A DNA stretch of 64,000 nucleotides from Octopus vulgaris. Its lineage: Eukaryota. How positions within the stretch are numbered: position 1 is the first letter of the stretch; the number at the start of each line of letters is the position of its first letter. Position numbers and translations under genes: made by a program. Under the pieces are notes generated by a model. It worked only from the letters and a program-made list of their open reading frames with translations, was not told the DNA's origin and did no database searches. Below are positions 54,600-64,000 of the stretch, piece by piece. The DNA is taken from NCBI GenBank assembly GCA_951406725.2, contig OX597815.1, forward strand, positions 135,098,001-135,162,000. Direction: 5' to 3'.

Positions 54600-55400
54600 T
54601 GCTCTATCACTCTATCGACCAAACTATCAGATCTTGCATATTGCTGGTTATAAAGCACCCTCATCTTTCCTTCCGTTGATTGTGTCCTTCTTTTCCATTT
54701 GGGCTCAAATTCTTTGACTACATCATTTTTTCCATTACCTTGGAGGCTTTTTGAGAAGTTGCATCTGGTCTTTTGGATACCACTCAGCAACTGCAACAGG
54801 TCAAGCTACTATCATCTGAGAGCATGGTGGCATACCTGGCCCAGCAGAACTTGTATTTCCAGTATTTTGGAGTTACATAATTCAATTTGCTCCATTCATG
54901 TTGGATGTGCTCCAACAATATTCTACACATGGAGCTTTTCATGGCTCTCTATTTTGTAGCCAGTCAGTGGCCATTGCTCTTTGTACTAGCCATGTCTCAC
55001 TTGCAAACATGTAGGGGTGCAGACAGAATGCTGTTGTTGAAAAAATTGTCATACAGGGGCTTTGTTCAGCTGTGCTTTGAGGATATCCTTAATCAAAACA
55101 AATGCCTTCCATTCTGCTCTTAATCTGCATGAAATTTCAACATTTATGTCTCAGCATATACTTACTGTCTGTCTTAAGTAGATACATTCCTTCACCTCCT
55201 CAGTTTCATCACTTTGTGACTTTGTGCCATGTTTTTGAACAGCATGTATTATGTATTCATGCAATAGAACAACTGTATGGAAGAAACACCTTTTCGAACT
55301 TCTTCTCCGCCCATACTTTTCTTGTGAATTTCAGCTTCAAGAAGTTCAAAGTGTACATAAGCTTCATTCATCTGAAAAGTAAGGTGGGGCCCTGAAAATG
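54600..55400 (-). mobile_element. RTE LINE 3' fragment
   Basis: Remnants FNNSILSAP..ASETW, KFCWA, VAEWYPKD and WKNDVVKEF. Confidence 0.7.
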
Positions 55401-55627
55401 TTTTAGGTGCTGTTTCGCTTCCTCTGATTAATTAAATAGCAAAAATATATGTGCAAATACATACAGATACACATATGTACTGGAATAGAAATCGAGTGTG
55501 TGTCTGTGTGTTTGTGAGAGAGAATAAGCAGCTACTGAATGTATATACACATACACACAGATCAATCTGTGTGTATGTGTGTGTGAGCAGATCCATCCTG
55601 TATCTGTAACATTCTGTAGCTACTTAC

Positions 55628-55687
55628 GTTATCAAGAGGAATTCCCTTCATCTTTGAATATTTGGTTACCACTGTAAGATCTGTTGT
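55628..55687 (-). CDS. Candidate 60-nt phase-0/0 exon, TTDLTVVTKYSKMKGIPLDN
   Basis: gtttaaatttAG|ACAACAG...GATAAC|GTAAGT. Only one frame is open and the length is divisible by 3. No homology recognised. Confidence 0.35.
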
Positions 55688-55754
55688 CTAAATTTAAACA
55701 TATCACTTCCTTCAACATCCTTTTCTCTCTCTCTTCTAAATACATACACACGCA

Positions 55755-55820
55755 CATATATGTGTGTGTGTGTGTGTGTGTGCGCGCATGTGTTTGCGTG
55801 TATGTGTGTGTGTATATATC

Positions 55821-55855
<35 letters not shown>

Positions 55856-55938
55856 TTATTTATATATATATATATATATATGTGTATATGTGTGTATTTA
55901 TATATATATATATATATATATGTGTATATGTGTGTATT

Positions 55939-55973
<35 letters not shown>

Positions 55974-55978
55974 GTGTG

Positions 55979-56029
<51 letters not shown>

Positions 56030-56030
56030 G
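55755..56030. repeat. Compound TG/TA microsatellite
   Basis: Directly visible. Confidence 0.97.
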
Positions 56031-57092
56031 CACAAAAGTTCCCAACTATAAATTCCTGTTTCATATATCTCTTTTCCTCCCATCCTTACAACCAAATTGG
56101 CTTCCACTCTCTTCTTCCCAATCTCATACAAACAGTACCTTCCTCAATTAGTATAGTGCTCTCTCTACCCATCACTCATTTACTATCTCTATTTCCTTTC
56201 CACCACACAACCACTTTTACACAAATCTGCTTTTTGTCTTACTAGCAATAATTTTCCTCCATTTATGCGTTACCATTTTTCACTCTCTCTTTACTTGTTT
56301 ACTTCAAGCTCTCCTGTTTCTCTTCCCCTCAAAGTTTACCAATTTTTTTGTTTTTCTGCTGGCATCTTGTTTTTCACTTTCTCTCTTTTCCAGATTCCCT
56401 CTTTCTCACATTCTCTCCGTGGATTCCATGCTCTTGTTCTTTATTCCACTTGTTTATTTGCCTTTGTACCCCTCTCTCACCTTTTCTCTTCCACCTGTCT
56501 TTATTATATTAATAGAGAAGATAGAAGGAAGAACCACTATTTGGATACAAATACAAAAAAGGGTAGTGCTTAAAGCTTTTCTTTTCGTGTTTGTTTGTTC
56601 GTTGATTAGGCCCAGTTCAACCTATGATTAAAGGTATTCACACTAGGACTGCAACATCTTTTGTCCTGGGCACCATAAATTCACGTTCAAAATATCTACT
56701 CAATCTTTCTTTTCTAAGATGGTAGGCTGTTATTTGAAGAAGATGTAGCTAAATTTTTTTACTGATCAAATGGCTCTCTACAAGCTTCTTGAGGGGAACC
56801 ACATTGTAAAGAAAAGTGGATAAAGTTAATATTGATTAATTCATTGCGCCTCACATACAGTTTAAAGGATGATTCAAAATTTAAAAATACATACAAATGT
56901 GTGTGTGTGTGTGTGTGTGTATGTGGTTGGTGTTAAGAACCATGCCAAAACAAGCAGTGGAGTTTGGTGCAGTTCTCTGGCTTGCCAGTTCCTGTCAAAT
57001 TGTCCAACCCATGCCACATGGCAAAGAGACCTTAAATGATGAGGATGTATGAGTGCATGGATATGTATGTATGTGTGTGTATATATATCTAT

Positions 57093-57147
<55 letters not shown>

Positions 57148-57365
57148 AAAAAGGGCATCAAGCCATAGAAACCATGCTAAATCAGACTGGAGTGTGGTGC
57201 AGCTCCTCAGCTTACCAGCCCATGTCAAATCGGCCAACCCATGCTAGCATGGACAACAGATGTTAAATGACGATGATGATGATAATATATATATCAACAC
57301 CATTTTAAAGCCCACTTTTCTATGCTTGCATAGGTTTGGTTGAGCCGGATTTTTTTTAGTTAGAT

Positions 57366-57680
57366 AGGTGCAGGAGTGGCTGTGTTGTAAGTAGCTTGCT
57401 TACAAACCACATGGTTGCAGATTCAGTAGATGGAAACTGAAAGAAGCGCGTCATTTGTGTATGTGTGTGTTTATGTGTCTATGTTTGTCTCCCTACCATC
57501 GCTTGACAACTGATGTTGGTGTGTTTACATCCCGTAATTTAGCGGTTTGGCAAAAGAGACCGATAGAATAAGTATTAGGTTTTCAACGAATAAGTCTTGG
57601 GATTGATTTGTTCGACTAAAGGCAGTGCTCCAGTATGGCCGCAGTCAGATGACTGAAACAAATAAAAGAATAAAAGAATA
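57366..57680 (+). mobile_element. SINE family S1 with internal deletion
   Basis: ggtgcaggagtggctgtg head and taaaagaa tail. Confidence 0.85.
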
Positions 57681-57759
57681 CCGTTCTTGTCACCAACCTT
57701 CATCCATTCTCAGCTAAAGCAATATTTCCTCATGACCAGATATGTTCTCGCTAAGCTTG

Positions 57760-59010
57760 CTCAAACTTCACTTTTGAAAGTGATATCTCTGCATACATAA
57801 TTTCCTTTCTCCCCATTAATTATTTAGACATCAGCAACAAAAAAATTTTCAGTTACTCAAGCTGAAAGTCTCCTGGTTTTTCTGCTGCTTTCTAAGTTCA
57901 TCAAACTAAGTACATACTGATAATACTTCTTCCTACATCAGACATCCGTCTCACTTCACTCATCTCAGAAGTCATTTGGTCTGGCAACTCGGAGGCTCAC
58001 AACTCTATTTGGTTTTCACACTTATTCTATACTGTTATCGCTGGTGCAGCAACTGGATCTTTTGCAATCCCTACTGTTCTACACCAACTAGTTTCATTCC
58101 CTACATTTCCTGATGACCAACACATATTTTACCACTTAGTTACTTTTAAACATAACCTCTGTCAGACCAAAACTGTCTTGGCACATAGAGAATTATCTAA
58201 TCGCTACTTTATCACAACTATCCACCACACATTGGAATACTACACAATTTCTTGGAGCCTATGGCATTTCAAGTAAACTAACTGAGCAAAATTTCACTAA
58301 TTTTATGCTAGCTTTCATTGGTAGCATATGTGATATGTTCCTGTACATCCCATACATAACAAAAACTCACAGCCTTAATCCCCACACAGGCCATAGCTCT
58401 GCTGCAACAGTTCAGGCAAGAATCATACCCTACAACGCTTGAAGAAAATAACCTATACTTACAAATTGGTTGGCTCTTAAAAACAGCACTTTATCTCTGA
58501 AAATTCAAACTGCAAAAGGAGCCTTCAAAGTTCTCTCACCATCCAAACTGCAGCTGATACTTCTGGTCTTTTGCTGAAAGGATTTCCATCAACTTTGTGA
58601 CAGGCTCCTTTCCTCCCCTTCTTATTCATGATAGTTGCATGAGCATTGCTCCTAGAGAGCAAGTTTTCACATTTGCTGCCTACTTTGTATCTACTTTACA
58701 CTAGATTTCCTTCTAAACTATTCCCCTCTACTCTACCATGGAAACATACATGCCAAATGTAAAAGTATCTCTGATCACTTCAAAGGCCATTAGTTTCAAC
58801 TATTTCTTATATATTACCCAGACATAATTACCATACTTGCCAAAATCAGAATTTTTCTTTCTACAATGATGTAAAATAGTCTTTACAAACATGCTATATG
58901 GTGTATCTTATTTGAAGAAGGGTAACTCCTTGAGCCTACCAACTACTGTCCTATCATATTCTCCAATATCTCAAAGATGTTGAAAGCATTCATGCACACA
59001 GTCCCTTACT
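57760..59010 (+). mobile_element. Decayed Jockey/CR1-group LINE (endonuclease to start of RT)
   Basis: Remnants LDL...DDQH and KG..EPTNYCPI..SNISKMLK. Confidence 0.55.
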
Positions 59011-61457
59011 CCAGATCAAATTAGCAGAAAAAGAATTAAAAATACAAGACTATATTATTGACTGTGTTCTTCCTTTTTGGAACAGTAGGACTGTGATCTG
59101 AGTAAAATTTGTTAGTTATTGCTAGCAAGTCAAAGAAGTGGGCAGATGTTCCCTCATTGGGAAGTGACCAAAATAGAAATACAACCCTAACACTGTACAG
59201 TATATATTTCCCTTCTTCAACATTCTGTATGTTGCATTGTACTAGAGTCAATAGAAATAAATACCATTAATAAACTGGGTCAATTCAATTGAATATACAC
59301 CTTCTCTTTAAGAAAAAAATTGTTTTGTCTAGTCAAAAGAAATCAATATTATAATAAACATTACACCACTACTGGGTTGAAGACTAGAAATAATCAATCT
59401 AATATCATTCATGGCTGCCATTAGTGCATTACATCTGAATTCTTGTCCAACTATTACATTCTTTCCTTTTGAAATTCATTTTGTTTAACCTTCAACCCGA
59501 GATTCACTGAACTGAACTGTTATTATTTCTTCAATTAATACGACTAATTGTCCACTTTTAACACTTTAATATCTCTATTAATATTCTATATTCACTGGCA
59601 CTTTCAAGATCACAGCTTGTGGCAACACCAGGTTGATGACTACTTCTAAATATAGCAACATGAATTGTAAAAATTTCATGCTAATGAATTAACCGTTTCA
59701 CAGTTTGCAATTGGCAGCAGTGGTAGGCAGCACCATTTAACAAATTGTAGTACCAAACACAACAATTAATGTGATATACTTTTCATTGTGTGTTAACCAT
59801 TTTACAAAATATAGCTTCACACATTACATTGCATTTTTGCTTCCCTATCACCATATTTATAGTCTGCATTTTCTACCTTGTTATCTTCGGTTTATCCGTT
59901 CTGTAATTGGTGGTTAAAACTGATGGACGCTAAAGGTAAAAACTTGCAGATGTACGAGTGCAAAATTAAAATGGTTAACTATAGTTTAAATATGCTCCAA
60001 ACACATCACTGTGTATTCCTTTTGTAGACATTTAATTCTACAAGCATCAATTCACCTAGTTGTTAAGAAAAGATTCCAGAACTTTCTGGAAATGTTAACA
60101 AGGAATCACTGATACCTTAACCAATATCACTTTTCCTTTCAGACATAATTCCATGAAGCCATAAAACATCCAAATCATTAATTTTCATGAGTACCTTGCA
60201 ACATTGATTTTCACACTCGTAATACTGGGAAGAAATCTGTTCACTGATAGCTTGGTTTCAGATACCAGGTACATAGTCATTGAGAAATTTTATATAATTT
60301 GGTCCCACAGTTACTTCATTGTCTACCTCATGAGTGTCCAAAATAACATCATTTTGTGCTTAGGTGTCTAACAAAGTTACTTTCAATGATCAACTAATTT
60401 CATTTAAGATAAGTATTTTTTCTTCTAGATATGAAATGCAATGTTTCAACCAGATGACAAGGATAAGTTTTTCACCGCTACAGCAAATTCTTACCTCGGT
60501 TGTCTTAAGGAATACATTTCTGCACATTATGGATTTTAAATTTCCACATTAGAGAGGATTAAATCCCAAATGCAGAAGACTATAGTTTATTTTCCAGATG
60601 TCAGATGCAATTTGCCTCCAGACACATAACTGCTTTTTCTACAGCACACACACAAACATACATACAGGTATGTATGTATGTATACACACACACATATGAA
60701 GGATTAGCTATGCCTTTGGGAAATCATCTAGGAGAGATATGGAGTGTAAATTCTTGTGTGTGCAGTTTTATGTAATCTCAGGAATTTCTGCATATGGTGA
60801 CAGTTAACTATGTACACATATGGGGAGCACATACACTTTATATGATTCTAAACATACACTTATCCTTCTACCTAAGTAGAGAGGATTGATATCACTTTCT
60901 AATTTTTTTTTCCCTCTCCACCTCTCAGGCTGCTTGTGTGCGATAAGGTTCTCATGAGGGCATTTACTTTTTACTCTCAGTTACCAAAATTACTAAAAGT
61001 AAATCTTCTGCAAAACCATTAAAGTATTGGTAGTGTTGCATCTCTGATGGAAAGTGATTTACTAACAAAAAACTTAAAACAACATAACATTTTCAGATAA
61101 ATGTGAATATGATGAAATCATATAAAATCTACCTAATAAACATATATTTAGTCTCACAGTGAAAACATTACGTACAAGTTACAGACTCTTCGGTAGATAA
61201 GAATGTGAGGGATCTGCTGATGTGTTTCATCTTCTTAAAACTTGCACCATATAAATGATATTGTACTATATTAATAGTATGAGTGGCTAATTTGCAATTT
61301 TACAACCTAAAGGCAGAAATATATACATCACTAAAGTGAACAACAGCACTAATTAGCACTAGCATTGCTAGAAATAAGAGTCAAAACAACTCAATAGTCA
61401 CAAAAACCACTATCTTAATGAGCTGACAAAGGAGACAAGCCCCCTACAGTCACAGAT

Positions 61458-61523
61458 AGAGCTATATCACTGATGATTTTGCATTCTGATGTTTAACGCA
61501 TCCTAAAGCTCATCAGTAGCTCT
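61458..61523 (-). ncRNA. Type I hammerhead ribozyme fold (G12A)
   Basis: AGAGCTA-CTGATGA-GC tttag GATG cgttaaa CATC agaat GC-aAA-ATCA tcag TGAT-A|TAGCTCT: 7-bp stem I, 4-bp stem III and an AUA site. Confidence 0.8.
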
Positions 61524-61684
61524 CACCGCACCTAGGGTTAAACTCATCTCGCCTTGTCAGCTTATAAGATCTCTGTTGAAATCGTAAGCTGATTTTGTAA
61601 ACAGTAGTGTGAGAATTATAAATAATGTGGGTGGCTAATTTGCAATTTTACAACCTAAGGGTAGAAATATATACGTCATATATA

Positions 61685-62100
61685 GGCGCAGGAGTGGCTG
61701 TGTGGTAAGTAGCCTGTCTACCAACCACATGGTTCCGGGTTCAGTCCCACTGTGTGGCACCTTGGGCAAGTGTCTTCTACTATAGCCTCGGGCCGACCAA
61801 TGCCTTGTGAGTGGATTTGGTAGACGGAAACTGAAAGAAGCCCGTCGTATATATGTATATATATATATATGTATGCGTGTGTGTGTTTGTGTGTCTGTGT
61901 TTGTCCCCATAGCATTGCTTGACAACAGATGCTGGTGTGTTTGTGTCCCCGTCACTTAGCGGTTCGGCAAAAGAGACCGATAGAATAAGTACTGGGCTTA
62001 CAATAGAATAAGTTCCGGGGTCGAGTTGCTCGATTAAAGGCGGTGCTCCAGCATGGCCGCAGTCAAATGACTGAAACAAGTAAAAGAGTAAAAGAGTAAA
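61685..62100 (+). mobile_element. Young full-length tRNA-derived SINE S1
   Basis: A-box-like tggctgtgtgg, B-box-like ggttcagtccc, CORE-like ccttgggcaagt and a (taaaagag)n tail. Confidence 0.92.
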
Positions 62101-62255
62101 GAGAGTCACTAAAGTGAACAAGGGCACTAATCAGCACACAAAGTCATTGGTTATCTAGCTCTGTGACCAAAGGGGGCTTGTCTTCCTTGACAGCTCATTA
62201 AGGTAGTGCTTTTTGTGGCTATGGAGTTGTTTTGACTTTTATTTCTAGCAATGCT

Positions 62256-62300
<45 letters not shown>

Positions 62301-62779
62301 ACTATCCTAGCGTGTCTTGCTTTGAAGAATATCATTACATAGATCTATCATTATATATATATATATATGTATGTATGTATGTATGTATATATGTATACAT
62401 ACATACTGCAATCAGATGCAAAAGGAAGATTGTGTTCGTTAGATAACTTTATTCAATGTTAAGATAATTTCATATGGTTAGAAGAACTATTTTTTTTACT
62501 ATACATTAGTTTGTATGCATAATTAATCAATTAATCAATTACAAATTTAGCCTTCAACTGTTCTCATCAGACGCTAATAACTTTCGGAAGCAGTGAGCAA
62601 TTACATGTGTACACACACACAAACGCACATACAATGGGCTTCTTTCAGTTTCTGCCTACCAAATGCACTTACAAAACTTTGATTGCCTGAAGTACCATAC
62701 AGTGGGATTGAACTTGAAACTACGTGGTTAAGAAGAAAACTTCTTACCACACACTTGTATGTATGTGTGTGTGTGTATG

Positions 62780-62817
<38 letters not shown>

Positions 62818-63479
62818 AGTGAGCAAGTGAGGAAAAAATACTACTTATCACATTTAGTAGGAGTTGTAAGTACTTAGTAATTGGCTGACTCAAGCTCCAC
62901 ATTACTGTTATAAGTTTTGTAGGTGGAGAATGTGCACATGCACATATGCATGTAAAGGTATATGTTTGTGCGTGTTTGTCTCTTCCTATGCATGTTTAAT
63001 AGTGTTTATGCCCCTAAAAGTATAACACAAATAACAATATGACCAATTAGGTAGTGTCAATGTTTACATTTGCCATAAACAAGAAAAGAGAGAGGAAAAA
63101 AAAAAGCATGTTCACATCAAGCTTATCAAATCTGCTTGAAGAGCCTCCAAATGTCATTGACACTGCCTTACTTTCCTAACAAATGTTAGCTCTGTTCTGA
63201 GTTGAAAAACAGCTAGCGATAGCCTTGCCTTTTCTATTTAGGATAGGTAAAAATAGTTTCAGTCAGATATCAGAGTTGACCCAGTCACAACATTCCGCCA
63301 AAATGTGTGATCATGTATTACTGCAAGAAGTTGTTATTGGTGTGACAGGTACTGTGTGTGTAGGAGTAGTGTTAGAAAAGGTAGAGTAACTGTGAAACAT
63401 AGTGATACTGGTGTGCTAGTGGATGCATGGAAATGAAGATGATAAAGAGTGTTTGGGAAGTTGCAGAAATATTGTTGAT

Positions 63480-64000
63480 GGATGTGAAGGTGCGTGGCTT
63501 ACTGGTTAAGATATGCACTTGGGCAAGACTTTTTATTCCACGTTGCTCCAGTCCACTCAGCTGGTAAAAATGAGTTGCACCTGCAATTCAAAGAGTCAGC
63601 CTTGTCACATTCTGTGTGTCGTGCTGAATCTCCCTGAGAACTACGTTAAGGGTACACATACTTCTTTACTACCCACAAGGGGCTAAACACAGAGGGGACA
63701 CACAAGGACAGACAAACGGATTAAGTCGATTACATCGACCCCAGTGCGTAACTGGTACTTAATTTATCGACCCCGAAAGGATGGAAGGCAAAGTCAACCT
63801 TGGCGGAATTTGAACACAGAACGTAACGGCAGACGAAATACGGCTACACATTTCGCCCTGCATGCTAACGGTTCTGCCAGCTCGCCGCCTTGTTACGGGT
63901 ACACATGTCTGTGGAGCACTCAACCACTTGCACATCAATTTTACAAGCAGGTTGTTTGGATGACCGAATCATCTGGAACCGTCATCATCATAACCAATGG
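63480..64000. mobile_element. SINE S4a (+) with nested SINE S3 (-, 63660-63890)
   Basis: TSD gtta(a/c)gggtacaca on both sides of the S3 copy. Confidence 0.85.

Larger units (their letters stand above)
61273..62257 (-). mobile_element. Retrozyme/pLTR-like insertion, 348-nt unit, tandem plus inverted, interrupted by SINE S1 (element B)
   Basis: gtggctaatttgcaattttacaacctaa at 61283 and 61631. The second unit resumes at 62105; 62139-62257 is the inverse of 61360-61482. Confidence 0.85.

Noticed and set aside
10181-61523. All four tandem-unit hammerheads lie on the minus strand
   Set aside because: Four cases are too few to claim a strand bias, and other HHR motifs lie on the plus strand.
61685-61755. 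tRNA gene
   Set aside because: It is the tRNA-derived SINE head: no full cloverleaf, and it continues into the SINE body.

Overview
AT-rich, microsatellite-dense eukaryotic (animal) genomic DNA. The SINE/LINE repertoire looks like an octopod cephalopod (inference from the repeat families, not verified). No intact long protein-coding gene is visible: nearly all ORF-track entries are microsatellite or SINE artefacts. The window is probably intronic or intergenic, with at most two candidate short minus-strand exons. It holds a decayed mariner, a hAT derivative, pogo- and piggyBac-type MITEs, RTE and Jockey/CR1-like LINE fragments, Penelope-like remnants and four SINE families. The main observation is a set of hammerhead-ribozyme (HHR) bearing non-coding elements. 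Four apparently unrelated 320-350-nt units (10.0, 11.3, 18-19.7 and 61.3-62.3 kb) occur as 1.2-2.x tandem copies. Three of them also carry an inverted partial copy at the 5' end of the ribozyme strand, and one is bounded by a perfect 12-bp TSD. Each has a type I HHR fold, and in two of them it caps a long rod-like stem. This is the architecture of retrozymes or Penelope pseudo-LTR-derived elements. Several shorter dispersed minimal HHRs are also present, some sharing a non-canonical CUGUNGA core. All folds were read by eye, and most copies here carry core or stem mutations.
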